Assembly: GCA_963768175.1 (NCBI GenBank)
Contig: CAVYGQ010000001.1
Location: 382,305-446,304, forward strand
Source: Candidatus Doudnabacteria bacterium
Lineage (GTDB): Bacteria; Patescibacteriota; Doudnabacteria; UBA920
Direction of reading: 5' to 3'
DNA: 64,000 bases
Below are positions 1-10,614 of the stretch, piece after piece (position 1 is the stretch's first letter; the number at the start of each line of letters is the position of its first letter). The notes beneath the pieces were generated by a model. It ran no database searches and was not told the origin of the DNA. It was given only the letters and a program-made list of their open reading frames with translations. The position numbers and the translations under genes are program-made.

Positions 1-69
1 TTTAATTTCACATCTTTACCCTGGAAGAGGTGTCCCCTCTTCCCTTCCGATTTTATGTTATAATAAAAT

Positions 70-1836
70 TTATTTCTTTAACTTCACCACCGCTTTCATA
101 AAACCGGCAAACAGCGGATGCGGGCTAAGCGGGCGGGATTGGAATTCGGGATGAAATTGCGAGCCTACAAAGAACGGATGATTTTTAAGCTCAATAATTT
201 CCACCAGCTTGCCGTCCGGCGTAGTGCCGGAAATCACCAAGCCGGCTTTTTGTAATTTTTCGCGGTATTGGTTATTAAACTCGTAGCGATGACGGTGGCG
301 CTCGTTAATTTTCGCTTTACCTGTTTTGCCTATAAGCTTTGCATCCATATAACATTTCTCTGTTATTGTGCCGCGGGTAATCACACAATCCCAGCCTCCC
401 AGGCGCATCGTAGCGCCGTATTCGCGGTTTAATAGCTTTTTTTCCTGGTCCGGCATGATATGGATAACCGGATGTGGGGTATCGTCGTCTACCTCGGTGG
501 TGTTGGCCATTTTTAGCCCGGCCACGTGGCGGGCAAACTCAATTGTGGCCATTTGCATGCCATAACACAATCCCAAATACGGAATGTTGTTTTCGCGCGC
601 ATACTGGATAGTTTGGACCATACCTTCCGTTCCCCTGCTGCCAAATCCGCCCGGCACCACAATGCCGTCAAATTCCCCCAAAACTTTTTTGGCGCCGTAC
701 TTTTCCACGTCTATGCTGGAAACCCAGTGCAAATTCGCCTTAACATTATTAGCCCATGAGCCGTGCTTAATTGCCTCCACGACCGAAATATACACATCGG
801 CCAGCTTGTAAGCGCCAGTTTCATAATATTTTCCCACAACCGCAATGTTTACCCCGTTAAATGACTGCGAAGCAGTCCCGCCTTTGGCGGATTTAACGGG
901 GTGAACTTCCTTTTTAGATGAATTAATTCTGGTAATTTTTTCCACTAGTTTTTTCCATTCCTTAAAATCGTTTTTCTTCGGCTTCATGCCGAATTCTGCC
1001 AAAATTTTATCCGTCAGATGCTGTTGCTCAAAATTCATCGGCACTTTATAAATACTGTCTACATCGGGCGCCGCGATGATATTCTGAACCGGCACGCTGG
1101 TAATCCACGCCAAAGTTTCTTTACGGCGGTCATCAATGGGTTTTTCCGCCCTGCAAATTAAAAAGTCAGGCTGAATGCCGCTGCCGTTTAAAATCCTGAC
1201 CGAAGTCTGCACAGGCTTGGATTTCATCTCTCCCACGCTCGGCGGGGTCGGCAAATAACCAACGTGTACGTGAATAACATCGCGGTTGTCGCGATATTTC
1301 ATAATACGATTGGCTTCCATATACAAAACGTTTTGGTACTCCCCCACCGTGCCGCCGATTTCCACAATTACAAAATCGGCCTTGCGCTCCTGCGCGGCTT
1401 TTTCAAATCTTGCGATTATCGCTTCCGGGACATGGGGCACAATTTCCACATCTTCGCCGTCATACTCAAAATTCCGTTCTTTTTGAACAATTTTCTGGTA
1501 AATTTGCCCGTTGGTTACATAGTTAGAGCTAGATAAATCGGCATTGATAAAACGTTCATAGTTGCCCAAATCCTGGTCGGTCTCCACGCCATCTTTGGTC
1601 ACAAACACTTCGCCATGCTCCTGCGGCCTTATGGTCCCCGCGTCCACATTTAAATACATATCGCATTTTACGGGCGCCACGGAATAACCGCGGCTTTCCA
1701 GCAACGCGGCAATAGACGCCGTGGTAATCCCCTTTCCGACCGACGAGATAACTCCGCCGGAAACAAAAATAAATTTGGTGTCTAGCTTTTTGGTTTTGCG
1801 GGCTTTGATGTGGTAGGACATATGATTATTGACCAA
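70..1836 (-). CDS. pyrG: CTP synthase
   Basis: FVSGGVISSVGKG, HGEVFVT.DG.ETDQDLGNYERF, GLCYGMQ, ERHRHRYE and QFHPEF motifs; start may be at 1821. Confidence 0.98.
   Translation of the reverse strand: MVNNHMSYHIKARKTKKLDTKFIFVSGGVISSVGKGITTASIAALLESRGYSVAPVKCDMYLNVDAGTIRPQEHGEVFVTKDGVETDQDLGNYERFINADLSSSNYVTNGQIYQKIVQKERNFEYDGEDVEIVPHVPEAIIARFEKAAQERKADFVIVEIGGTVGEYQNVLYMEANRIMKYRDNRDVIHVHVGYLPTPPSVGEMKSKPVQTSVRILNGSGIQPDFLICRAEKPIDDRRKETLAWITSVPVQNIIAAPDVDSIYKVPMNFEQQHLTDKILAEFGMKPKKNDFKEWKKLVEKITRINSSKKEVHPVKSAKGGTASQSFNGVNIAVVGKYYETGAYKLADVYISVVEAIKHGSWANNVKANLHWVSSIDVEKYGAKKVLGEFDGIVVPGGFGSRGTEGMVQTIQYARENNIPYLGLCYGMQMATIEFARHVAGLKMANTTEVDDDTPHPVIHIMPDQEKKLLNREYGATMRLGGWDCVITRGTITEKCYMDAKLIGKTGKAKINERHRHRYEFNNQYREKLQKAGLVISGTTPDGKLVEIIELKNHPFFVGSQFHPEFQSRPLSPHPLFAGFMKAVVKLKK
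848..904. repeat. Palindromic element (CCCCGTTA..TAACGGGG family) inserted in frame in the pyrG linker
   Basis: tttaccccgttaaa...tttaacggggtgaa with nested ccgcctttggcgg; translates as HPVKSAKGGTASQSFNGV. Confidence 0.75.
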
Positions 1837-1924
1837 AATTAATTATGTAAAATTTCCGCCGTGGGCGGATCCGCCTTTGGCGGAAAATAAAATTGACAAA
1901 ATTGTTGCGTGTCGATCAACTTAT

Positions 1925-2425
1925 TTATTGACCGAACTTGATGTGCACGACTTTCTGATAAACCAAACTGCCATCCTTGGCAGAATAATCATTAAACTCA
2001 ATTTTGCCGGTAGGTGTAGTGGGGGTGGCAGCAAGTGTGACTGATATCTTAAACGGCGCGGGATGACCGTAGTTGTCACCGGCAATGGCATTGCCCTGAT
2101 ACAGAAGCTGGTTGCTATTGTCAAAAACTTTAATCGCTATATTGCCTTCAAACCAGCCTTGCGCGTAACCGGAAACAGTAAAGGTTTGGCCTACCATGTC
2201 TCCTGCTTTGGGAATGCCTACCTGTAATCTCCCGTCTGCTAAGACAGTCGGCGCCGATGTTTTCTGGCTAACCTGACGTATGGGCAGGGCGGCGGCTTCT
2301 AGTAGGTCCGTTTCTGCTTTGTCAATATAATAATCGTGGCATTGCTTATAAATCAACAGCCCAGCGCCGGAGGCGAACAAAAAGACAATCAGAAAAAAGA
2401 ATGCGGATTGCTGTCTGTCAGTCAT
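1925..2425 (-). CDS. Membrane-anchored protein with Gmad2-like immunoglobulin domain
   Basis: N-terminal TM helix; P..GD.V...FTVSGYA.GWFEG motif. Confidence 0.7.
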   Translation of the reverse strand: MTDRQQSAFFFLIVFLFASGAGLLIYKQCHDYYIDKAETDLLEAAALPIRQVSQKTSAPTVLADGRLQVGIPKAGDMVGQTFTVSGYAQGWFEGNIAIKVFDNSNQLLYQGNAIAGDNYGHPAPFKISVTLAATPTTPTGKIEFNDYSAKDGSLVYQKVVHIKFGQ

Positions 2426-2429
2426 AAAT

Positions 2430-2876
2430 TTACGCCGCTTCCACTTTAATGTTAATATTCGCCAAAATATGACTTCCCAATTTAAGTTTGGCCTTGTGCT
2501 CCCCGAGCTCTTTAACGGGTTTATCCAAAATTACCTGGCTGCGATCCATAAGCAAAGACATTTTTTTAGCGACAGCCTCCGCAATATCCCTTTCATGCAC
2601 CCCGCCAAAAACCTGCCCCTTATCCCCTACTTTTACTTTAAGCGTAAAGCTGCGCTTTTCTAAATCTTGCTTTAAGGCTTGCAATTTCTCGGCTTCTTTT
2701 AATTTTTTAATTTCCGACTCCTTTGCCTCTTTGGCTATTTGGGCTTGAATATCCGCCGTGGCAACCTGCGCAAAACCTTTGGCGATTAAAAAATTTTTGG
2801 CATAGCCGTCGCTCACATCCTTTATTTCGCCTTTCTTTGCCGTACCGCTAAGTTCTTTGATAAAAATTACTTTCAT
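2430..2876 (-). CDS. rplI: 50S ribosomal protein L9
   Basis: MKVIF...[18 protein letters not shown]. Confidence 0.97.
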   Translation of the reverse strand: MKVIFIKELSGTAKKGEIKDVSDGYAKNFLIAKGFAQVATADIQAQIAKEAKESEIKKLKEAEKLQALKQDLEKRSFTLKVKVGDKGQVFGGVHERDIAEAVAKKMSLLMDRSQVILDKPVKELGEHKAKLKLGSHILANINIKVEAA

Positions 2877-3136
2877 AAAAAACGATACAAATATACGAAT
2901 TGCACACTAACCAGCCTCGACTAGACGTCGAGTCTAGGCGGGTGATACTAATCTACGATTCGTGTCATTCGCGTCCCATTCGTGGATTAGTATCGGTTAA
3001 CTAAACAAAAAAGCCCCGAACGCGAGAGTCGCTGTTTAAGGCTCTTTCTAAGTATACTGGTTTTTAGGAAATCCGCAAGTCCTAAAAAACTTTATTTGGG
3101 GATAAAATCCGTTAACCAAAAAACCTTTTATTTAAG

Positions 3137-4054
3137 CTAAATTTTTAAATATTTTCGGATAGCCATCATTGACGAAACCACGGAAAGCAACAACGCCAAC
3201 GCAAACAGGATCAAAACCAAATAGCCAAAATGAAACAGGCTGTTTCCGTAAAGATTTACCTGTGGGTTAACGTAAGCAATAACTTTGGGCAAAAATTTGT
3301 AAAAAACCGGAATAAACAAGGCCCCGGTAATTATTGTGGAAAAAATGCTGTATAAAACGCTCTCGGTTAAAAACGGCCCGCGGATATACCAATTGGTGGC
3401 CCCGACCAGGCGCATAATTTCCACCTCTTCTTTGCGGTTGTAGATGGTCAGGGTTATGGTGTTAAATATAACCAAAATGGCAATGAGCGTAAAAACCGCA
3501 ACCAGGGCCAGGCCAAATGTCACCACAAATTTTAGAATTTTATTTAAGCGGTCTATAACTACCCGGTTGTCCTCAAAATTTACTTTATCGATAAAACTTT
3601 TATACTGGTCCGATTCCAGATTTTGGGCTACTGCGGGATAATCGCCCAAATTGTACGTTTTTATATGCAATGTCGCGGGCAAGGGATTTTGGGTAAGTTC
3701 ATTTAAAGCCTGGGTTATTAAAGGATCGCTGTTGTGCGCTGCTTTAAAATTATCAAAAGCCTGGACAGCTGAAACGTAATCGACTTCCTTAATTCTTGGG
3801 TCTTGGGAAATTTCATCTTTAATTTTGGTAATCTGGTCTTCCGCTAAGCCGATTTTAAAATATACACTGACATCCACGGTATTTTGGATGGTATGAATGG
3901 AATAATTGGTTAAAATAAATACCAAAAACAAAGTAGAAAAAATTACCAGCGTAACGGTCATAACTATGGTGGCGGCCATAGACAGCCAAAAATTACGCCA
4001 AAAATTGACGAAACCGATTTTTATTACCCGCAAAAAAGAAATTGAATCCATCAT
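3137..4054 (-). CDS. ftsX: Cell division permease FtsX
   Basis: 4 TM helices, NPLP motif, RKEEVEIMRLVGATNWYIRGPF; adjacent to ftsE. Confidence 0.95.
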   Translation of the reverse strand: MMDSISFLRVIKIGFVNFWRNFWLSMAATIVMTVTLVIFSTLFLVFILTNYSIHTIQNTVDVSVYFKIGLAEDQITKIKDEISQDPRIKEVDYVSAVQAFDNFKAAHNSDPLITQALNELTQNPLPATLHIKTYNLGDYPAVAQNLESDQYKSFIDKVNFEDNRVVIDRLNKILKFVVTFGLALVAVFTLIAILVIFNTITLTIYNRKEEVEIMRLVGATNWYIRGPFLTESVLYSIFSTIITGALFIPVFYKFLPKVIAYVNPQVNLYGNSLFHFGYLVLILFALALLLSVVSSMMAIRKYLKI

Positions 4055-4193
4055 AAAACAATGACAAAAATTAAAAAAATTAAATAAATGCCAAAAACGG
4101 CAGTTTACTGCCGTCCCGAATGGAATGAGGGATCCCTCGGATGCACTCGGGATGACAGCTATATAATAAATAGCGGTTTGTCATTTTTGCTCA

Positions 4194-4871
4194 TTATAAC
4201 TTGTAACTCCCCTTCTCCTGCTGCATGGTAATCCTCCCGTCTTCTATTGTCACCACGCGTTTTTTAATTTTATTAACAAGGTCAGAGGCATGGGTAGCTA
4301 ACATTACCGTAGTACCAAGCTGGTTGATTTTGAGCAGCAAATCCAAAACTTCGGCCGCGTTGACTGCATCCAAATTCCCCGTTGGTTCGTCAGCCAAAAG
4401 CAAAACCGGACGATGCGCTAAAGCCCGGGCAATAGCCACGCGTTGTTTTTCCCCGCCAGACAATTCTTCGGGAAAGCTGTTTTTTTTATGCAAAAGCCCT
4501 ACCAATTCCAAAATTTTAGGGACTTCATTTTGGATTTTCCTTTGGTTATGCCCGCAAACTTCCATGGCAAACGCCACGTTTTCAAATGCCGTGCGCCTGG
4601 GGAGCAACTTCATATCTTGAAACACCATACCGATTTTCCGCCTTAAATAAGGCAAATCCGATTTTCTTACCTGCGAAATATCCACGTCGTCTATTAAAAT
4701 TTTGCCACCGTCAATTTGCTCTTCACCAATAATTAACTTAAACAACGTGGTTTTACCGGCGCCTGACAACCCAACCAATGAAATAAATTCGCCATGATGA
4801 ATTTGCAAATTCACGCCGTCTAAAGCTTTGTTGTTTTGGTATTGTTTTACTACGTTTTCAAACTTAATCAT
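4194..4871 (-). CDS. ftsE: Cell division ATP-binding protein FtsE
   Basis: GLSGAGKTT, LRRKIGMVFQD, LSGGEKQRVAIARA, DEPTGNLD. Confidence 0.95.
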   Translation of the reverse strand: MIKFENVVKQYQNNKALDGVNLQIHHGEFISLVGLSGAGKTTLFKLIIGEEQIDGGKILIDDVDISQVRKSDLPYLRRKIGMVFQDMKLLPRRTAFENVAFAMEVCGHNQRKIQNEVPKILELVGLLHKKNSFPEELSGGEKQRVAIARALAHRPVLLLADEPTGNLDAVNAAEVLDLLLKINQLGTTVMLATHASDLVNKIKKRVVTIEDGRITMQQEKGSYKL

Positions 4872-4977
4872 ATTTACTTACAAGCTTATCAGCTGATATG
4901 CTTATCAGCTAGTCAGTATTTATTTCAAAAGATTTCTGTATCTTTATTATACCACAAAAGAAGAACGATCAAAAATT

Positions 4978-6078
4978 CTACTTTTGGGCATTTTGCTCCA
5001 AATATTTTTCTACGAACCCATCAAGCTCTCCGTTTAGCACGGAGTCGGGATCGGTGGATTCAAAACCGGTGCGGTGATCTTTGACCAGTTTATAGGGATG
5101 GATTACATATGAGCGAATCTGGTTCCCCCACTCCGCGGACTTAAATTCGCCGCGGATTTCCTGCTTTTCAGCCTGAAGCTTTTGCTCTTCCAAAGTTTTT
5201 AACTTGGCCATCAAAATTTTCATGGCCAATTCGCGATTTTGGTGCTGGCTACGTTCGTTTTGGATGGAAACTTTGATGCCGGTAGGAATATGGGTAATTC
5301 TAACGGCAGAATAAGTCGTGTTAACCGATTGCCCGCCGTGGCCGGATGAAGTATTGACCTCTATTTTTAAATCTTTTTCGTCCACCTTAAATTCTTCCTG
5401 CCGTTCGAGTAGCGGCAAAAGCTCCATTAGGGCGAACGACGTTTCGCGGGTATGCGCCGGGTTAAACGGCGAAAGGCGAACCAGCCGATGAACACCGGCT
5501 TCGCTTTTCAGCAAACCATAGGCAAAAGGTCCAAAAACTTCCACCACCGCGGTTTTTACTCCATCCTGCTCGCCCTTGCTTAACTCGATAACTTCCGTGG
5601 CAAATCCTTTTCTCTCGCAGTAGCGCAAAAACATCCGCAAAAGCATACTGGCCCAATCCTGCGCGTCCATTCCTCCGGCGCCGGAGTGAATGGAAAATAT
5701 GGCGTTGTGGTCGTCATATTTTTTACTAAGTAACGCGACAAAACGATTTTTTTGATATTGGTCTTCAAGCTCCTTAACTTCAACAGAGATGGTGCCCATC
5801 TCAGAGATGGGCACCATCTCGCCCTTTTGCAACTTTACCAATTCCAAATTTTCTTTAACTTGATTTTCCAAATTTTTCCAAAAGTCATAAAACTTTTTTA
5901 ATTGATTATAATCCCGCGATGTCTTTTGCGCATTTTCATTATCTGCCCAAAAATCTTTGGCCTGCATTTGTTTTTCCAATTCCAAAAGCTTCTGTTTTTT
6001 TTGCGGCAGATTTAAATTCGCTTTTAAATTTTTTACGTCAGCCAATAATGCTTCCAGACGTTTGGCAAGTTCATTCAC
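4978..6078 (-). CDS. prfB: Peptide chain release factor 2 (single frame, no programmed frameshift)
   Basis: GVHRLVRLSPF (SPF motif), GGQ, WGNQIRSYV. Confidence 0.95.
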   Translation of the reverse strand: MNELAKRLEALLADVKNLKANLNLPQKKQKLLELEKQMQAKDFWADNENAQKTSRDYNQLKKFYDFWKNLENQVKENLELVKLQKGEMVPISEMGTISVEVKELEDQYQKNRFVALLSKKYDDHNAIFSIHSGAGGMDAQDWASMLLRMFLRYCERKGFATEVIELSKGEQDGVKTAVVEVFGPFAYGLLKSEAGVHRLVRLSPFNPAHTRETSFALMELLPLLERQEEFKVDEKDLKIEVNTSSGHGGQSVNTTYSAVRITHIPTGIKVSIQNERSQHQNRELAMKILMAKLKTLEEQKLQAEKQEIRGEFKSAEWGNQIRSYVIHPYKLVKDHRTGFESTDPDSVLNGELDGFVEKYLEQNAQK

Positions 6079-6205
6079 CCCGTTAGAAATCCTTATTATT
6101 TATTCCTTAATAAAAAGGAATAGATTTTACAAATTAATTTTCCCGCCGAAATAACCAAAAACTATTTCTGACGGGATCCACTCAATTGGAAAAATTAATA
6201 CTAAA

Positions 6206-6685
6206 TCACTTCTTCTTTTGGTAAACCGCGAAAGTATAGTTTGGATATCTCTCTTCTTCCACCTTGTCCCACAAACTCCAGTCGATTTTCACAAAATAGG
6301 CATCGCCGCGGTAACTGCCATGGATATGGGTCATATAAATCTTTTCGGCATAAGGCAGGGCCAGCTTAAAAATCTGTTCGCCGCCGATAATGTACAAATC
6401 TTCATTTTTTAAGGCGCTAAAAACCTCCTCCAGGCTGCCAAACACCAACACACCTTCCGGCACCTTGTAGCCAACTTGCCGGGTAATTACAACGTTTTTT
6501 CTACCAGGCAAAGGCTTACCAAGGCGTTTGACAATGGATTCATAAGTTTTTCTGCCCATGACCACTGTCTTGCCCATGGTAATTTCCCTAAAACGCTTAA
6601 GGTCTTCGGAAAAATACCAGGGCAGCTCATTATCACTGCCAATAATTAAATTGTCCGACACGGCTATAGGGCCAAGTATAATCAT
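6206..6685 (-). CDS. folA: Dihydrofolate reductase
   Basis: LPW...EDLKRF, VVMGRKTYESI, PLPGRKN, IIGG. Confidence 0.96.
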   Translation of the reverse strand: MIILGPIAVSDNLIIGSDNELPWYFSEDLKRFREITMGKTVVMGRKTYESIVKRLGKPLPGRKNVVITRQVGYKVPEGVLVFGSLEEVFSALKNEDLYIIGGEQIFKLALPYAEKIYMTHIHGSYRGDAYFVKIDWSLWDKVEEERYPNYTFAVYQKKK

Positions 6686-6733
6686 AAAATTAATAGTGAT
6701 TATTAATTGTAAATTTTAGCGGCCAGTATTGTT

Positions 6734-7546
6734 TTAAATTGCTATTGGCGCCTTAATGCTTGGATACGGATCGTAGCCTTCCAAAGTAAAATCTTCAAAT
6801 TTAAAACCAAAAATGTCTTTGACCTCGGGGTTGATTTTCATTTTTGGCAAAGGTTTTGGCTGGCGTGACAATTGTAATTTTACCTGCTCAAAATGGTTAT
6901 TGTAAATATGCGCGTCGCCCAAAGTATGGACAAACTCGCCCAGCTCCCTGCCGGTGACCTGAGCCACCATCATAGTCAGTAAGGCGTAGGAAGCGATGTT
7001 AAACGGTACGCCCAAAAATGTGTCCGCGCTGCGCTGGTATAACTGGCAAGACAATTTATTATTGGCAACGTAAAACTGAAACATGGTGTGGCAAGGCGGC
7101 GGCGCAGTTTTTTTGCCTGCGATTAAGCTTTGCAAATCGGCCACATTCCAGCCCGACACAATCATCCGCCGGTTGTCGGGATTATTTTTAATTTGGTCAA
7201 CAACATAACTAATCTGATCGTAAGTTTCGCCGTTATAGCCTTTCCATGCCCGCCACTGCTTGCCGTAAACCGGGCCCAAATCCCCATTTGCGTCCGCCCA
7301 TTCGTTCCAAATAGTCACGCCGTGCTCATTTAACCATTTAACATTGGTATCGCCTTTTAAAAACCACAGCAGCTCGTAAATTATGGATTTTAAATGGACT
7401 TTTTTGGTAGTAACCAAAGGGAGGCCGTCGGCCAAATTAAAACGCATCTGGTAGCCAAAAATGCTTTTGGTGCCGGTTCCCGTCCGGTCGCGCTTCTCCG
7501 CGCCGTCATCCATAATTTTTTGCAAAAGATCCAAATATACTTTCAT
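6734..7546 (-). CDS. thyA: Thymidylate synthase
   Basis: DRTGTGT, PPCH, YQRSAD, GDAHIY; start moved to MKVYLDLL. Confidence 0.97.
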   Translation of the reverse strand: MKVYLDLLQKIMDDGAEKRDRTGTGTKSIFGYQMRFNLADGLPLVTTKKVHLKSIIYELLWFLKGDTNVKWLNEHGVTIWNEWADANGDLGPVYGKQWRAWKGYNGETYDQISYVVDQIKNNPDNRRMIVSGWNVADLQSLIAGKKTAPPPCHTMFQFYVANNKLSCQLYQRSADTFLGVPFNIASYALLTMMVAQVTGRELGEFVHTLGDAHIYNNHFEQVKLQLSRQPKPLPKMKINPEVKDIFGFKFEDFTLEGYDPYPSIKAPIAI

Positions 7547-7591
7547 AAGTATTCCCATCCCCCTCTTTTTCAAAGGAGGGGCTAGGGGAGG

Positions 7592-7954
7592 TTATTTTTT
7601 TAGATGCCTTGATATTACTTCCAAAACTCCCTCTGTATTTTCCGTAATTTCTTTATTAGTGAATCTTAACACGGTAAAGCCCAAATCTTCAATATACTTT
7701 TGCCGCTCTTGATCCCCAACTCGGACCATTTGACCTGCGTAATGGCTATCCCCGTCTTCTTCAACAACCAGTTTAGCCGATGGGCAACAACAATCTACTA
7801 AAAATGGCCCGATCCCATATTGACGGCGAAATTTAAAACCTAACAGTTGATGGTTCCTCAACTTTGACCATAACAGACGTTCTATTGACGACTGGCTCCG
7901 GCGCAGCGTTCTCCTTAAATCTTTTTGGTCTTGCCGATTGAAGATATAAGCCAC
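7592..7954 (-). CDS. DUF559 (Vsr-like) endonuclease-domain protein enclosed by ~34-bp inverted repeats
   Basis: LRR..S..E.LLW..LR, FRRQ..IGPF.VD, EEDG.SH, GFTVLRF.N. Confidence 0.88.
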   Translation of the reverse strand: MAYIFNRQDQKDLRRTLRRSQSSIERLLWSKLRNHQLLGFKFRRQYGIGPFLVDCCCPSAKLVVEEDGDSHYAGQMVRVGDQERQKYIEDLGFTVLRFTNKEITENTEGVLEVISRHLKK

Positions 7955-8000
7955 AATAACCTCCCTTAATCCCTCCTATAAATAGGAGGGAAATAAACCA

Positions 8001-8735
8001 CTATGACGGTTTAACATCTTTTAATGCTATCCTTCTTACCAAATCCCAGACTTTGTTGTGGATTTCCTGCGGGCTCAAAAGTTGCCCGTTGGATATACAT
8101 TCAACCAATTTTGTATTGGGAAACAGCCGGGCAATTTCCAAATAGGCTTTTTCCGCGTTAAGCAAATGCTTTAAGTCCGCTTCGTGCAGGTCGCGCTTCT
8201 TGCCGTTGGCATACTTGCGCTCGGTGGCCGACTTTTTATCCACCAATTTTTGCGCTATTTTAGCCGGAACATGCAAAATAACGTTTAAGTCCGGCTTGGG
8301 GATGCCAAAAATGTTGTATTCCAAATTGTCCAGCCATTTAAAAAACTTCAAACGGTCAATATCATCTGGAATCTTCCCGCCCTGATGCCCGGCATTGGCT
8401 GTAACATACCTGTTGGAAATCACGATTTTTCCCTCTTTGAGCCACTCTCTAATTTTAAAACTGGCGTCAAACCTGTCTATAGCGTAAAAAATAGATGCCG
8501 CTTTGGGCCCAACCTGCCCGTATTTGCCGTTTAAATATTCCTCTATAAGCCCGGCGGATTTAGTCCCGTATTGGGGAAAGTCCGTCATTTCCACCGGATA
8601 TCCGCCAAGCTTAAGCTCCTCTACCAAAAGATTGGTCTGGGTGGCTTTGCCGCTGCCGTCGGTGCCGTCAATCACAATAAATCGCCCGCGTTGTTTTTCC
8701 GTTCTTTTAGTTTTTCTGAATTTTAGTAAAGCCAT
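8001..8735 (-). CDS. tmk: Thymidylate kinase
   Basis: FIVIDGTDGSGKATQ, NRY, PKPDL. Confidence 0.9.
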   Translation of the reverse strand: MALLKFRKTKRTEKQRGRFIVIDGTDGSGKATQTNLLVEELKLGGYPVEMTDFPQYGTKSAGLIEEYLNGKYGQVGPKAASIFYAIDRFDASFKIREWLKEGKIVISNRYVTANAGHQGGKIPDDIDRLKFFKWLDNLEYNIFGIPKPDLNVILHVPAKIAQKLVDKKSATERKYANGKKRDLHEADLKHLLNAEKAYLEIARLFPNTKLVECISNGQLLSPQEIHNKVWDLVRRIALKDVKPS

Positions 8736-8808
8736 AATCGTAAAATTTCAAATACCAAATTACAAATCTCAAATGAATGTCAAATTTTTAAAATTTAAAA
8801 TTAATGTT

Positions 8809-9369
8809 TTATTTGATATTTGAAATTGGAAATTTGAAATTACTTATTATTTCGTCAACTTTCTTATACAACTCCTTTATGCTCCCAATGTTATCTATGC
8901 GATAATCGGCCCGTTTGCCCATTTCCGGAATGCTGATTTCCGTCAACTCTTTTTCCTGTTCCCGAAATTCCTGAAAATTCATGACAGCATCGTCAATTTT
9001 TTCACGGCGGATTTGATAACGCGCAAAACGGACGTCAAAAGGCGCGGTCACGTAAATAATCTTCGCGCCCAAATCCTTAACCGCCCTTTCCTGTTCGTCC
9101 ATGCGCAAACCATTGATCACGGATACGCCTGTTTTGGAAGCTTTGGCTCTTTCTGCCAAAACCCTGTATAAAATCTCGTTGCCGAATATATTTCTCAAAC
9201 CCAAGCCCAAATCAATTTCGTTCCGGCGCGATTTTGGCAAACGCAATAAATCCAAAATTTCATCCAAAATCTGGCTGAACTTAACGCTAAAGGCGCCATA
9301 CTGTTTTTCCAAGTATCTGGCGACTGTGTCTTTACCAGCGAGTTTTTCTCCAACAAGACCAATAATCAT
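8809..9369 (-). CDS. P-loop nucleoside monophosphate/dephospho-CoA kinase-like protein
   Basis: IIGLVGEKLAGKDT, GLR, ADYRIDN.GS. Confidence 0.75.
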   Translation of the reverse strand: MIIGLVGEKLAGKDTVARYLEKQYGAFSVKFSQILDEILDLLRLPKSRRNEIDLGLGLRNIFGNEILYRVLAERAKASKTGVSVINGLRMDEQERAVKDLGAKIIYVTAPFDVRFARYQIRREKIDDAVMNFQEFREQEKELTEISIPEMGKRADYRIDNIGSIKELYKKVDEIISNFKFPISNIK

Positions 9370-9465
9370 AAAACTAATGACAAAAATTAAATAAATGACA
9401 AAATTGACAAAAATAATAAGCTAAGTATTTTTTTAATTTTTGCTCATTTTCGCCATTTTTGCTCA

Positions 9466-9906
9466 TTAAATATTATAACCTCCGGTACTCCCAATCCCTC
9501 CCCTATCCACATCGCGCAAAGCGTTTACCTCTTTCCACTGCGCCTGTTCGGATTTTAAAAATATTCCTTGCGCCAATCGCTCGCCTTTTTTTACTCCCAC
9601 AGGCGCACCGGTAAAATTATACACTATTATATAGACTTCGTCGTTCGGTCCCGCGTAGTCCGGATCCACCACGCCTATGCCGTTGGCCATAGCCAAACCC
9701 TTTTTTAAAGGCAGGCTACTACGGGCGGCTATAAGCAAAAAATGGCCTTTGGGAGCCGCAATTACCAATCCCGTAGGTATTTTTGCCACCTCGCCGGGAG
9801 CTACCGTTACGTTAGCCGCCGAAGCAATATCAAACCCGGCGGATTCGGAAGTATGGTATTTGGGAAGTTTAATATTTTTGCTTAATCTCTTTATTTTAGC
9901 CTTCAT
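9466..9906 (-). CDS. dut: dUTP diphosphatase
   Basis: AGFDI, ARSS, GVVDPDYAG, GERLAQ, RGGIGSTG. Confidence 0.96.
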   Translation of the reverse strand: MKAKIKRLSKNIKLPKYHTSESAGFDIASAANVTVAPGEVAKIPTGLVIAAPKGHFLLIAARSSLPLKKGLAMANGIGVVDPDYAGPNDEVYIIVYNFTGAPVGVKKGERLAQGIFLKSEQAQWKEVNALRDVDRGGIGSTGGYNI

Positions 9907-9987
9907 AGAATAAATGACAAGATTGATAAGATTTAAATGATTGACAAGAATAGCTGTACAGAATTCTTGTCATTCATGTCATTGTTG

Positions 9988-10542
9988 TCATTCTTTTAAT
10001 TTGATTAATATTTCATCAATCTTCCCAAACAACTCCTCTAAACTTCCTTCATTCACAATCGTCCAATCCGCACGCGCTATGGGGCCGGCTTGATTTAAAT
10101 TTTCAATCTGGGATTTGTCGCGTGATTCCAGTTCTTGTGCGGAAAGCGGCCTTTGCGGCCGTTTAGCCATGCGGGCCGCGCGCGTCGAAAAAGAAGAATA
10201 TATCGCTAAAACCTTAAATGCCTGCCCAAATTCTTTTTCCATAGCCAAGGACTCTTCCCAGCTGTATAAGCTTTCTATAATAACCGATGATGTTACAAAA
10301 AATTTTTTTACGGCCAGCAAATTGGCAACTGCCATTGCGGCCATGCCGTTTTGGGATCGAAATTCTTCGCGAACTAACTTCTCGTTTGCCTCGCTTAAAG
10401 ACAAACCGCGCTTTTGAACTTCATCCAAAACAGCCTGCCCGAAATAAACTTTGGGCCAACTAGTCTTCTTAAGCAGATAATCGGTTGTTTCTGTTTTTCC
10501 GGCTCCGGCTAAACCAACCACGGCAAGAACAATATTTGACAT
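9988..10542 (-). CDS. P-loop kinase (CoaE/adenylate kinase-like)
   Basis: VVGLAGAGKT, ADWTIVNEGS. Confidence 0.75.
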   Translation of the reverse strand: MSNIVLAVVGLAGAGKTETTDYLLKKTSWPKVYFGQAVLDEVQKRGLSLSEANEKLVREEFRSQNGMAAMAVANLLAVKKFFVTSSVIIESLYSWEESLAMEKEFGQAFKVLAIYSSFSTRAARMAKRPQRPLSAQELESRDKSQIENLNQAGPIARADWTIVNEGSLEELFGKIDEILIKLKE

Positions 10543-10614
10543 AGATTAAATGACAAAAATTAAATAAATGACAAAATTGACAAAAATGCAAATCAGCTAA
10601 TTTTTTAATTTTTA

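Noticed and set aside
4978-6078. Programmed +1 frameshift in prfB
   Set aside because: The ORF is continuous and no CTT TGA site is present near the start
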